64,000 nt of DNA from Candidatus Saccharimonadia bacterium (GCA_046597065.1 JBKJLI010000002.1:52071-116070); one strand, 5' to 3'; numbered from the stretch's first letter, positions 46,764-56,513 are shown. Notes: generated from the letters alone by a model not told the origin. Program-made: numbers and translations.

Positions 46764-47531
46764 ATGAATAAAATATCTGACGCCCAAATCAAGCCGCTTA
46801 GAATTTGGAATCTGATAGCCGGTTCGTTACATTTAGCATCTTTAATTGCAGTAGTAGCTTTATCTAACAGCTTTTCTCTCCCGGTAACCGCGACATATAT
46901 GACCGGCCCTCCCGGTTCGACGTTTTCTAATCCAATACTTCTGTTTAACAATAATGTTAGCTTTACAATTGCCTTGTTCTTGGGGCTGTCGGCTTTTTTC
47001 CACTTCTTAGTTGCGTCTAAGCAATTTTTTCCAAGATATGCCGTCAGCTTAAAGCAAAATCGTAATATGTTCCGCTGGGTGGAATACTCATTAAGTTCTT
47101 CGGTAATGATTTTATTAATCTCACAATTAAATGGCATTAGTGACTATGCCGCACTTTTGGCAATCTTTGGCGTAAATGTATCGATGATATTATTCGGCTG
47201 GCTGCAAGAAAAATATGCAAATCCGGGCGATGGCCAATGGCTTCCGTTTATATTCGGATGTATTGCCGGTATTGTTCCATGGTTAATAATCGTTGTTCAA
47301 ATGATTTCTCCGGGTGGCCCGGCTGATGCACAGTATCCAAACTTTGTTTACGCCATTGTATTTTCACTGTTCGTTCTGTTTAACTGCTTTGCCTTGGTTC
47401 AGTACAAGCAGTATCAGGCAAGGGGAAAATGGGCCAACTATTTACGGGGCGAAAAAACCTACATTGTTTTAAGCTTAGTTGCTAAATCATTGCTTGCTTG
47501 GCAAATATTTGCCGCCACTCTAGCAAGTTAA
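46764..47531 (+). CDS. Heliorhodopsin (7-TM retinal protein; Lys in TM7, Glu in TM3)
   Basis: Seven hydrophobic segments. Blocks resemble my recollection of archaeal HeR: LSNSFSLP, LSAFFHF, FRWVEYSLSSSVMI, ILFGWL, IAGIVPWLII, VQYKQY..GKWANYL.GEKTYIVLSLVAKSLLAWQIF. Leaderless: TGATACAAT 7 nt before the ATG. Confidence 0.8.
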   Translation: MNKISDAQIKPLRIWNLIAGSLHLASLIAVVALSNSFSLPVTATYMTGPPGSTFSNPILLFNNNVSFTIALFLGLSAFFHFLVASKQFFPRYAVSLKQNRNMFRWVEYSLSSSVMILLISQLNGISDYAALLAIFGVNVSMILFGWLQEKYANPGDGQWLPFIFGCIAGIVPWLIIVVQMISPGGPADAQYPNFVYAIVFSLFVLFNCFALVQYKQYQARGKWANYLRGEKTYIVLSLVAKSLLAWQIFAATLAS

Positions 47532-47583
47532 AAAACTTCTATAATATATAATTGCTATTGGATTGTATTTGAAAGGCGCCCCC

Positions 47584-47605
47584 GTAGGGGCGCCTCTTGG
47601 TTGGT
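47584..47605. terminator. GC hairpin AGGCGCCCC-cgta-GGGGCGCCT between the convergent heliorhodopsin and the minus-strand high-GC gene
   Basis: Perfect 9-bp stem; weak U-tracts. Confidence 0.45.
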
Positions 47606-47617
47606 TCCCGCTAGGCA

Positions 47618-48199
47618 CTAATTGATGGTGTATGAACCATCAAAGTGCCCAATCAAGCTAACTCCCATGTTGTGCGCATCCACGCGGACGCATCCGAATG
47701 GTGTTGGAAAACAGCGCTTGAAGTCAACCTGGACCGAGGATCGGTGGCCGCCTTGCGGATATCCCTTGTAGTAGTAATAACCGTTGCTTTGGCTACCCAT
47801 CCCTTCGTCGTTCCATTGAAGAAGTGCACCGATTGTGGTGACTCCGTACTGGATCTTTGGAGCGGGTGTTTGGGTCACCCTATGTGACTTGCGGCTGTAG
47901 CACCACGTCTTGGTGAGCCTCACCCAGAACATGGTACCGGCCAGGGCGTGAAACTTGCGATACGCCCAGTGGGTGGCACATGCCTCGCGCTTATTGCGAG
48001 AGGCTGCCTGTGCTTGCCCGACGGTAGTGCTGATGTACAACAGCTGTCCTTTCTTGATCCAGGCAGCAGACGGGTGCTTGGGCGTCGCACCTTGTGAAGT
48101 GGAATCACTTCCGCTCCCAAGCACGAACCCGATCACGTAGACGACCGTCATGATCACCAAGATCCAGATCAGGATCTTCTTCCAGTTCCAGTCTTTCAT
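47618..48199 (-). CDS. Hypothetical secreted or membrane-anchored protein (193 aa), high GC
   Basis: Strong SD AGGAGGAGG; N-terminal TM/signal; no family recognised. Confidence 0.6.
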   Translation of the reverse strand: MKDWNWKKILIWILVIMTVVYVIGFVLGSGSDSTSQGATPKHPSAAWIKKGQLLYISTTVGQAQAASRNKREACATHWAYRKFHALAGTMFWVRLTKTWCYSRKSHRVTQTPAPKIQYGVTTIGALLQWNDEGMGSQSNGYYYYKGYPQGGHRSSVQVDFKRCFPTPFGCVRVDAHNMGVSLIGHFDGSYTIN

Positions 48200-48448
48200 A
48201 AGGTACCTCCTCCTTGAGGAATGGATAAGCAGTATTGTACAATATATGCAATATAAGTCAATAATTAGATATTGTTTGCGGCAAAAGTTTTATAACGAAC
48301 CATGATCTCGCCGAGCAATCGCTCCTGTCTTGCACGGCCAAAATTCTACTAGCCAGCTATGGAAATGCCCCACGCGCGGCGGAGCGATATCGTATCTAAA
48401 AAGGGTAAAAAAGAGCCCACTGCGGGGCTCTTTATCCTGCAGTGGGCT

Positions 48449-49081
48449 TTATGCGAGCTGGAGTTCTTGCTCGCGCTCTCGATCGTACGGCTCGATGGCT
48501 TCGGGGCCTTCTGGCCCATCATCTTCGGGCTCTGGGTCGTCCTGATCATCTAGGCCTGGACCGCCCCCGCCGCCGCCTCTCAAGTAGAAGGGCACGGTGA
48601 AAAAGAATATCGCGCCAGTAATGAAGATGGCAGCGATTACAGGGTAGAAAGCGTTTCCCCACCATGTGTTATATGGACTCTGGTAGACCTCGTCGTCCTG
48701 CTTGGTAGCCGCAGCCTTTTCGTAAAAGAGATCATCGCCTGTGGCTTGGTTTGAGACCCATGCATGTAGACCCATGCCGGCAGAAACTTCTGGCTCCACT
48801 GGCTGGTCGTAATAGTCCCAGACCTTCCCGGTTCGTGTGGTGACCTCGATGGTGGCCAACCGGTAATGCTCATCTTTAGTCAGCGAGATATTGATCTTTT
48901 TTAGCGCAGATACGTTTAGCACCCGCGCTGTGATCTGCTTGCCGTACCGGTGGTGCTGAACTTGGTTACTATGCGTAACCCAAACGACGAGCAGCACCAA
49001 AGAAACAACGAAGGTTGCTCCTAGTAGCTTCCAGCGAACTGGCGACATGCGCATTCGGAACACCTCCAATTTGATTTTCAA
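48449..49081 (-). CDS. Hypothetical membrane protein (two TM, acidic Gly/Pro/Asp/Glu-rich C-terminus), high GC
   Basis: TM segments LLGATFVVSLVLLVVWV and FYPVIAAIFITGAIFFFTV; a terminator-like hairpin sits at about 48405-48430. Confidence 0.55.
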   Translation of the reverse strand: MKIKLEVFRMRMSPVRWKLLGATFVVSLVLLVVWVTHSNQVQHHRYGKQITARVLNVSALKKINISLTKDEHYRLATIEVTTRTGKVWDYYDQPVEPEVSAGMGLHAWVSNQATGDDLFYEKAAATKQDDEVYQSPYNTWWGNAFYPVIAAIFITGAIFFFTVPFYLRGGGGGGPGLDDQDDPEPEDDGPEGPEAIEPYDREREQELQLA

Positions 49082-49176
49082 GGTTGGCTAAATGATTACA
49101 CAGGATGCAGTCATCTGCAAATCAACATTATAGGGCTAGATTTTTAGATCAGGCTGTGTCATTATAGTGTTAATTA

Positions 49177-51033
49177 ATGTCTGCGCCCCGGGCGCATTTT
49201 TATTTGATGCAAAAATCTGAGTACATCCGAAATATTGCAATAATTGCGCACGTTGACCATGGTAAAACTACCTTGGTAGATGGTCTGTTAAAGCAGTCCC
49301 AAACTTTTCGTAGCAACCAGGCCGAGATGGCACAGTCTCTAATTATGGATAGTGGTGATCAAGAGCGTGAACGAGGTATTACTATTACCGCCAAGGTAAC
49401 GGCGGTTCAGCATGGTGATCATCGAATCAATATTATTGACACACCCGGCCATGCTGACTTTAGTGGCGAGGTAGAGCGAACATTAGGTATGGCGGATGGC
49501 TGCTTACTTATCGTTGATGCTCAAGAGGGGCCAATGCCCCAAACTAAATTTGTGCTGCAACAGGCGCTGGCGCGTGAGCTTAAGCCAATTGTAATCATCA
49601 ACAAAATTGATAAGCAGGCGGCACGGGTGCCAGAGGTCGAAGAGGAGCTGGCCGACCTGTTTTTAGAGCTAGCCGTTCATGAAGATCAGCTGCATTATCC
49701 GGTATATTACGCGATTGCCCGCGAGGGTAAGTCATGGGAAAAGAATCCTGCCGACCCTACCGAAGCGGCCGATTTAGAGGCAATATTTAAAGCTATTATC
49801 GATCATGTACCCTCGCCCAAGGTTGAACAGGACATGCCGCTGCAAATGCTGGTAACAGCCCTGGCCTTTGATAGCTATAAGGGCAAGTATGCCATTGGGC
49901 GCATAAACCGTGGTTCGGTGAAAGCCGGCGATCAAGTGGCGGTTTGTAAGAAAGACGGGAAAGTGGCAAAGCAAAAGATCGAAGCCGTGTTTATGAGCCA
50001 TGGTTTAGATAAGTTTACGGTCGATGGCGGAACGGCCGGCGACATTGTGCAGCTTACCGGCTTGGGCGATATTCAGATTGGCGAAACGGTAGCAGATGCA
50101 ACCAGCCCCGAGGCACTACCAATCCTTGAGGTTGAAGCCCCAACACTAAAGATTTATGTTGGCCCAAACACCAGCCCATTTAAGGGCCAAGAGGGCGACT
50201 TTGTGACCGGCCAACAGATAGGCGCAAGGCTTTATAAGGAGCTAGAAACCAACATTGGCCTGCGAGTTGAAGATGGCGGCTTAGGCTACTTAGTCAGCGG
50301 CCGCGGGGAACTGCACTTAAGTGTACTCGTCGAAACAATGCGTCGCGAGGGTTTTGAGCTTGAAGTTGGGCGCCCACAGGTAGTTACACGTGAAAAGGAT
50401 GGCAAGACCGAGGAACCACTTGAAGAACTTATTATCGAGGTTCCGGCCGAGCATGTTGGAGCGGTGCAAATGGAGCTGGGCCAAAGACGCGCCGAGCTAA
50501 AGGAGCAGTTTGCTAGTAGCAAGGGCGTCACTAAGCTGGTTTATACTCTTCCCACAAGAGTTCTTTTGGGGTTACGCAATATCCTGCTAACGGCCACCAA
50601 GGGTACAGTTATTATGAACTCGATAATTTTGGGGTACCAGCCAATGGGGCCGGCGCTTAGGCAGCTGCGAAATGGTGTACTAATTGCGTTTGAATCTGGT
50701 ACCACCACGCCCTACTCACTCGAAAACGCCCAACAGCGCGGCACCACTTTTGTGGCACCTGCTGTAAAGGTTTATGCTGGTCAGATTGTAGGCTTGAACT
50801 CACGCGGCGACGATATGGAAGTTAACGTCTGCAAAGAAAAGCACCTAACCAATATTCGATCGAGCAGTAGCGATGGTGTTGTACAGCTAACGCCACACAT
50901 AATTTTTAGCCTAGAAGAGTGCCTAGACTTTATCGAGAACGACGAGCTGGTAGAGGTTACACCCAAGAGTCTGCGCCTACGCAAGCGCGAGCTAGAGGCA
51001 AACGCGCGCAAAAAGGCGGCTAAGCGCGGGTAA
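49177..51033 (+). CDS. typA: Translational GTPase TypA/BipA
   Basis: AHVDHGKTTLVD, DTPGHADF, NKIDK; EF-G-like domains. Confidence 0.9.
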   Translation: MSAPRAHFYLMQKSEYIRNIAIIAHVDHGKTTLVDGLLKQSQTFRSNQAEMAQSLIMDSGDQERERGITITAKVTAVQHGDHRINIIDTPGHADFSGEVERTLGMADGCLLIVDAQEGPMPQTKFVLQQALARELKPIVIINKIDKQAARVPEVEEELADLFLELAVHEDQLHYPVYYAIAREGKSWEKNPADPTEAADLEAIFKAIIDHVPSPKVEQDMPLQMLVTALAFDSYKGKYAIGRINRGSVKAGDQVAVCKKDGKVAKQKIEAVFMSHGLDKFTVDGGTAGDIVQLTGLGDIQIGETVADATSPEALPILEVEAPTLKIYVGPNTSPFKGQEGDFVTGQQIGARLYKELETNIGLRVEDGGLGYLVSGRGELHLSVLVETMRREGFELEVGRPQVVTREKDGKTEEPLEELIIEVPAEHVGAVQMELGQRRAELKEQFASSKGVTKLVYTLPTRVLLGLRNILLTATKGTVIMNSIILGYQPMGPALRQLRNGVLIAFESGTTTPYSLENAQQRGTTFVAPAVKVYAGQIVGLNSRGDDMEVNVCKEKHLTNIRSSSSDGVVQLTPHIIFSLEECLDFIENDELVEVTPKSLRLRKRELEANARKKAAKRG

Positions 51034-51139
51034 ATTCTTCGTTCTTATGCTTGCTCTAAATCTGTAAAAATAGTATAACTACACAAGTCTTAAGTGGCCC
51101 AAACCACTTTGTACCCTACAACGAGGAAGCGAGTCTTTA

Positions 51140-52018
51140 ATGTCCGGCATTGTGAAGTGGGCAAAAGCAGTACTGGGCATCCGCAACAAAGCGGAGGGTC
51201 CAAAGCAGTTAAAGGAGCGGAGCCGAGACATGCGCCCGGCCGAGTTCTTCGACCAGTTCCATGAACGCGCCCGAAATAAGGGTGTAAATCCGACCTATCG
51301 GATTGTCTGGACCTTGTTGTGGCCGGTTGTGGTGTTGTTTTATCGCACCGAGCACTGGTGGGTTGAGCGGGTACCTACCAAGGGTCCGCTGATCTTTTCG
51401 TGCAACCATCACTCAAACATGGATCACTTCTTGATCGCTTTGCGCGCGCCGCGACCGGTTCGCTTTCTGGCCAAATCAGAGCTGTTCTCTGGCATTGTCG
51501 GCTGGATCATTTCGCATGGCGGAGTGTTCCCAGTTCGGCGAGGCTGGAAGGATAGAGAGTGGCTGGTTACTGGTCTTGCGGTTCTGGCTAGGGGCGAAGA
51601 CATTCTGATGTACCACCCCGGCGGTCGTGCCCGGCCGGGTGACGGCGATAAGGCCAAGCCTGGAGTTGGCGAGCTAGCGCTCGTTAGTGGCACTCCAGTG
51701 GTGGCGGTTTACATCCACAACTCTGAGCATGTTCGTGAAGGAGGTTTGCCTCCTCGAATCACGGTCTGTTTTGACAAGCCGGTCAACTACGGCCTGGTTG
51801 ATAATCCGTCTGATGCAGCCAAGCAGTTGGTTGCCGACGACGTCAAGGCTCGTGTTGATGCCCTGCAGGCTGATTTCTTGCTGCGCTGGGTGCGTGGTGA
51901 GCGTCCGGCCTGGAAACAAGGGGCAGTACGTGTCGCGATCTACTACGCGCTGACTTACTTTGGTTTGCGCAAGCTGCAGGGCATGATCGACTGGGCCGCG
52001 AAGCCTCGTGGTCTTTAA
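51140..52018 (+). CDS. 1-acyl-sn-glycerol-3-phosphate acyltransferase family (PlsC-like), high GC
   Basis: NHHSNMDHF (HX4D) acyltransferase motif; SD GAGGAAG. GC estimated above 60% in sampled stretches. Confidence 0.75.
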   Translation: MSGIVKWAKAVLGIRNKAEGPKQLKERSRDMRPAEFFDQFHERARNKGVNPTYRIVWTLLWPVVVLFYRTEHWWVERVPTKGPLIFSCNHHSNMDHFLIALRAPRPVRFLAKSELFSGIVGWIISHGGVFPVRRGWKDREWLVTGLAVLARGEDILMYHPGGRARPGDGDKAKPGVGELALVSGTPVVAVYIHNSEHVREGGLPPRITVCFDKPVNYGLVDNPSDAAKQLVADDVKARVDALQADFLLRWVRGERPAWKQGAVRVAIYYALTYFGLRKLQGMIDWAAKPRGL

Positions 52019-52048
52019 CAACTCTGTTCCGGCAGAAGGGAGGTTGAA

Positions 52049-52237
52049 GTGCTGGCAATTGGTGCAGTAGTAGGTGGGGTGGCTATTTTGCTGTTTACGC
52101 TTTCGGTGCATCTTCGAGATCATCGTCGGGCTACAAACGGCAACAGCCCATCAAGCTTCAAACGTGTCGCCTGCGATCTCGCAGGAAGTGTCGGGCTGCT
52201 GTTTTTTTGCATCGGCATCGGTGCCATTCTGTTTTAA
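52049..52237 (+). CDS. Small membrane protein (62 aa, GTG start with GGGAGG SD)
   Basis: Two hydrophobic segments; a terminator lies downstream at 52272-52296. Confidence 0.4.
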   Translation: MLAIGAVVGGVAILLFTLSVHLRDHRRATNGNSPSSFKRVACDLAGSVGLLFFCIGIGAILF

Positions 52238-52271
52238 CAACCCCAAAGGTTTCGACAATGTCGACGTTCTT

Positions 52272-52296
52272 GTCCCGCGCGGTAGCGGGACTTTTT
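52272..52296 (+). terminator. Rho-independent terminator GTCCCGC-gcggta-GCGGGAC + TTTTT
   Basis: Read directly from the sequence. Confidence 0.6.
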
Positions 52297-52324
52297 AATT
52301 GGGAATGATTTTGAGGCGTATAAT

Positions 52325-52627
52325 ATGGGCATGATAATTGGCGAAAAACAAAAGTTATGGTTTAAGCGGCGTCGATATGGCTACGGCTGGACACCGGTTG
52401 TATGGCAGTCTTGGCTGTTAGTATTACTATATTTGAGCGTTGTTATAGTGGGGGCGGTTAGTCTAACCGAAGCCCGAGTTCCGGTACATAACAGCGATAT
52501 TATTATTTATCTAACCTATGTCTTATTGGCGACTGGGGCACTTATTAGGATTGCGATGTTGCGAGGGCCTAAACCTAAGTGGCGTTGGGGCAAGCACCCC
52601 GACGATGATCCAAAGCAAGATTTTTAG
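52325..52627 (+). CDS. Small membrane protein (~100 aa)
   Basis: Two TM segments; TATAAT abuts the ATG. Confidence 0.4.
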   Translation: MGMIIGEKQKLWFKRRRYGYGWTPVVWQSWLLVLLYLSVVIVGAVSLTEARVPVHNSDIIIYLTYVLLATGALIRIAMLRGPKPKWRWGKHPDDDPKQDF

Positions 52628-53886
52628 CGCAGGCTAAGAGTTACTAGCGCTTCAAGATGGAGGGTTTGGGGGTAGAAATCAAATCCGGTAGCGGGGCCAG
52701 GGCTGTAGGCTGCGGTTAGCAGTGCAATATCGCGACCTTGCGTAATAGGATTACATGACAAATAGATAATGCGCTGGGGGCGGTAGTGCAGTAAGCGTCG
52801 GATTACTCGCGGGTGCAAGCCGGCGCGTGGCGGATCGAGTACAACAGTATCGGCGCCATCAAGTAAAGAAAAGTCCATTTGCTCTGCAGGCGTAAGATGA
52901 GCTTGATAGTTTTTGATCTTATTGGTTATGGCGTTATGGTTAGCAGCTGCTACTGCCGATACTACTATTTCAATTGCTGTAACGCGCTCGGCGGTCTTGG
53001 CGAGCACCAGACCGATGGCGCCAACGCCACTATATAGTTCGACCAACTGCTTAGTATCCATAGCGGCTAACTTTATTTTTTCTAGAGCTTTAATGAACAT
53101 CGGAGTGTTGGTTTGAAAAAAGCTGTCAAAAGCGTAGTCGATTTTAATTCCGTCGATTATTTCGGTGAGCTGACTGCTGCCCGGTGCAAACAACAGTTTT
53201 CCGGGACCGCCACCACTTGTCGGCTTGGCAATAACCAAGTCGGCGCCATCAATCGGTGGTAGTGACCCCCAGTCGTAGCGTTTTAAATCGGTTGAAAGTA
53301 TCAGCAGTATTTTTTGATTGCTCTGGCTTTGGCGCACAGTAATTGTGGCATTATCAAAAGGCGTTTTGGCATTATTAAGGTTTTTGACCAGTTGAAGTGC
53401 GGCATGGTTCATGGCTTGGCTCCCCAGCACACAGCCATCATCAAGAGCTAGCAGCGTTTGCCAGTTGCCTCGTGCATGAAAACCTAACTCTAGTTCGCCA
53501 TTATGGCGCGTAAGGGCAAAGTCGAGTCGGTTACGATAGCCAGTGATATGGTCGGCTTTAACGAAATCTTCAACAACTATTTCTAAGTGATGCTGGCGAT
53601 AAGCTTCGCTAAGCATGTCGCGCTTGAGTTTAATCTGGTAGTCGTAGTCAACCCCTTGCCAAGGCGAACAGGCTATGGCGTGATCCTCGCTGGCGGGATG
53701 ACGGTGCGCAGAAGGCTCGGTTATTTTATTTAGGACTGCTTCGTTATAGCTCTTTTTTTGCTTGGTTATGGAAACTTCGGCGGTTTCGCCAGGCAGCGGC
53801 CCAACCGCAAAGGTCGCCTTACCATCAAGACGGCCCAAAGCTCGACCTTCGGGTACTATTTTTTCAAACTCAATAATATGTTTCAT
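52624..53886 (-). CDS. 23S rRNA (uracil-C5)-methyltransferase, RlmD/RumA family (TRAM + class I MTase); start taken at MKHIIEF
   Basis: TRAM region GRALGRLDGKATFAVGPLPGE; VLDPPRAGL; C-terminal nucleophile region. TTGTACAAT 8 nt before the ATG. Confidence 0.8.
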   Translation of the reverse strand: MKHIIEFEKIVPEGRALGRLDGKATFAVGPLPGETAEVSITKQKKSYNEAVLNKITEPSAHRHPASEDHAIACSPWQGVDYDYQIKLKRDMLSEAYRQHHLEIVVEDFVKADHITGYRNRLDFALTRHNGELELGFHARGNWQTLLALDDGCVLGSQAMNHAALQLVKNLNNAKTPFDNATITVRQSQSNQKILLILSTDLKRYDWGSLPPIDGADLVIAKPTSGGGPGKLLFAPGSSQLTEIIDGIKIDYAFDSFFQTNTPMFIKALEKIKLAAMDTKQLVELYSGVGAIGLVLAKTAERVTAIEIVVSAVAAANHNAITNKIKNYQAHLTPAEQMDFSLLDGADTVVLDPPRAGLHPRVIRRLLHYRPQRIIYLSCNPITQGRDIALLTAAYSPGPATGFDFYPQTLHLEALVTLSLR

Positions 53887-53933
53887 TAAATCTATTGTAC
53901 AAGGCGACAGAGGCTTAGGGTACAATATCTGCT

Positions 53934-55154
53934 ATGGCATTAACCTGGAACATCCTAGCAACCCATGGCGCTGCCCGCCGCGGGCAGATCAAAACTCTTA
54001 ATGGGGTTATTGAAACGCCGGCCTTTATACCGGTCGGCACAGCTGCGACCGTTAAAACTTTAGATATAAATGACTTAGTGCAGCTAAAAGCCCAAGCGGT
54101 TTTGGCCAATGCGTACCATCTTTATCTGCGACCGGGTACTGATGTGGTTAATAAGTTCGGGGGCATAGGTAAGTTCATGGGTTGGGACGGCCCAACCTTT
54201 ACCGATAGCGGAGGGTTTCAAGTTTTTTCGCTGGGTTTTGGCTTAGAGCATGGTGTCAGTAAGATAAGCAGTATTTTTCCCGATGAAGACACCGCCGAAA
54301 GGCGCGTAAGTAAACCTAAGTTAATGAAGGTCGACGAAGAGGGCGTATCGTTTCGCTCTCACTTAGATGGTTCGTCGCACCGCTTTACGGCCGAGACTTC
54401 GATCGCGATTCAAGAGCAGTTAGGGGCTGATATGATCTTTGCGTTCGATGAGTGTACCTCCCCCCTTCACGATGAGCGCTATACCGCCGCCGCCTTGCAG
54501 CGAACTCACCGCTGGGCCGAGCGCAGCCTGACTGCTTGGGCCAATCGCGAGGGGCAGTCTTTATATGGAATAGTGCAGGGTGGTGCTTTCCGGAATCTGC
54601 GCGAAACCAGTGCCAAGTTTATTAGTGAGCTGGATTTTCCGGCACATGCTATTGGAGGATCTTTAGGGCGCAATAAGCAGGATATGTATGACATTTTAGA
54701 GTGGACAAATCCACTGCTAGACTCAGCTAAACCGCGACATCTATTGGGAATTGGTGAGATTAGCGATTTGTTCGCTGGCGTCTCTCGTGGCATAGACACC
54801 TTTGATTGCGTTGCTCCAACACGGATGGCGCGCAATGGGGCGGTTTACATCGGCCCTAAAGCTGGTGGCAAGCCTGAAAATAAGTTTCGCTTAAATATTG
54901 CTGCTGCTCGTCACGCCAACGAAGCTGGCCCCATTGATGCTAATTGTGCGTGTTATGTTTGCCAAAATCACACTCGGGCCTACCTGCGACACTTGTTTAA
55001 CGCAAACGAGATGCTGGGTATGCGCCTGGCGACTTATCATAACCTGCATTTTATTTTCGAATTGATGAGTCAGATTCGCGAGTCGATCGAAAAGCAGACG
55101 TTTATGAAGCTGGCCAAGCACTGGGGTGTTGAAGCCGAAGTACAAGCGTTATAA
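53934..55154 (+). CDS. tgt: Queuine tRNA-ribosyltransferase
   Basis: TIM-barrel Tgt motifs (TDSGGFQVFSL, FDCV, zinc site CACYVCQNH). Confidence 0.9.
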   Translation: MALTWNILATHGAARRGQIKTLNGVIETPAFIPVGTAATVKTLDINDLVQLKAQAVLANAYHLYLRPGTDVVNKFGGIGKFMGWDGPTFTDSGGFQVFSLGFGLEHGVSKISSIFPDEDTAERRVSKPKLMKVDEEGVSFRSHLDGSSHRFTAETSIAIQEQLGADMIFAFDECTSPLHDERYTAAALQRTHRWAERSLTAWANREGQSLYGIVQGGAFRNLRETSAKFISELDFPAHAIGGSLGRNKQDMYDILEWTNPLLDSAKPRHLLGIGEISDLFAGVSRGIDTFDCVAPTRMARNGAVYIGPKAGGKPENKFRLNIAAARHANEAGPIDANCACYVCQNHTRAYLRHLFNANEMLGMRLATYHNLHFIFELMSQIRESIEKQTFMKLAKHWGVEAEVQAL

Positions 55155-55157
55155 TAA

Positions 55158-56150
55158 GTGGTAGTGAATAAGATTAGAAACCGGTTAAAGACGCTACCAG
55201 CGACCATCAGCGATGGACATAAAGCCAACCCTAACCTGTTTTGGGTCCGAGTTTTGTATATTGCTGCGTTGGTTTATGTGGTGGTTTTTTGGCGTGCAAT
55301 CTGGACCCCAGACCTACTGTTTTTGATGCTACTGGGAGTTTTCTTTTTGTATGGCTTGGGTCGACAGTTTATGTTCCAGTTTGGGCCATTCATCTTCTTA
55401 CTGTTGGCATATGATAGCTTGCGCAGTATCGCGCCATTTTTAAATCACCGCGTACATTTTACCGAAATGATCGACTTTGACCGCTGGTTAACCGGTGGCA
55501 TACTTCCAACTACGGCTCTGCAGAACTGGTGGTGGCAGGGGCATTTGAGCTGGTACGATATCTATTTTTACACCCTATATATGCTGCACTTTGTGGTGCC
55601 TCTAACCGTCGGTATCTTAATTTGGAGACTACGTTCGGCTCACTTTAACCGCTTTGTAGTGGCATTCTTAACCCTGTCTTATGCTGGTTTTATTACCTAT
55701 ATTTTGTTTCCAGCAGCACCGCCGTGGATGGCATCGGAAATGGGGTTGATACCGGCTTTACATAAAATATCCACCGATGTGTGGTGGTCGGTGGGGGTTC
55801 ATGATTACCCCTCGATTTACCGTACGCTTAGCCCGAATTTAGTGGCTGCTGTGCCATCACTACACGCGGCTTACCCAACTTTAATCTCGATGTTTGTTTG
55901 GCGAGCATTTGGCTGGCGTTGGGGTGTGGCCACATTGTGGTATCCAATATCGATGTGGATAGGGATCATCTATATGGGGGAGCATTATGTTGTTGATGCG
56001 TTATTGGGTATCGCTTATGCCGTAACTGCTTATGTACTAACGATGTGGCTTTTTCGTCGCTACGGCGCGCATGCGCGCACCTTACAAGGTCACGCCAAAA
56101 GGCATTGGCATCGCCACTTTGGCGACCGCCGGGCATCAGCTACGGATTAG
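55158..56150 (+). CDS. PAP2-superfamily membrane protein (PAP2_3 / inositolphosphotransferase-like)
   Basis: Multi-TM; VPSLHAAY phosphatase motif 3 region. Confidence 0.65.
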   Translation: MVVNKIRNRLKTLPATISDGHKANPNLFWVRVLYIAALVYVVVFWRAIWTPDLLFLMLLGVFFLYGLGRQFMFQFGPFIFLLLAYDSLRSIAPFLNHRVHFTEMIDFDRWLTGGILPTTALQNWWWQGHLSWYDIYFYTLYMLHFVVPLTVGILIWRLRSAHFNRFVVAFLTLSYAGFITYILFPAAPPWMASEMGLIPALHKISTDVWWSVGVHDYPSIYRTLSPNLVAAVPSLHAAYPTLISMFVWRAFGWRWGVATLWYPISMWIGIIYMGEHYVVDALLGIAYAVTAYVLTMWLFRRYGAHARTLQGHAKRHWHRHFGDRRASATD

Positions 56151-56513
56151 TTTTTGAGCCAGCTTGAGTAACTCCTCGGCCTCGACATCATCTATCGGGG
56201 TGACGTTTTTACCGATGGTTTCAACAATAGTGCCATCGGTTTGTAACAATATATGTCGATAAAGGCTATTTGCGCGATCGTCAATGCTAATTTCGGCTTG
56301 CCAACTAAAGCCAACTTGGGCAGCCGGAGTAGTCAGGTTTACCTCTACACTTCCACCGCCTACAATCGGCATAGAGGCGGTTGTGTATGCAGTATGACCG
56401 GGTAAGTCGTAGTCACCTCCCTCAACCGCTGTGGCATTGGCACCAGCAGTGAACTGAATGGCCCAGTTTAAGAATCGACTAAAAATGGGACTGTTGTTTG
56501 CATCTAAAGACAT
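56136..56513 (-). CDS. Hypothetical protein (125 aa)
   Basis: ORF convergent with and overlapping the PAP2 gene end; no motif recognised. Confidence 0.4.
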   Translation of the reverse strand: MSLDANNSPIFSRFLNWAIQFTAGANATAVEGGDYDLPGHTAYTTASMPIVGGGSVEVNLTTPAAQVGFSWQAEISIDDRANSLYRHILLQTDGTIVETIGKNVTPIDDVEAEELLKLAQKLIRS

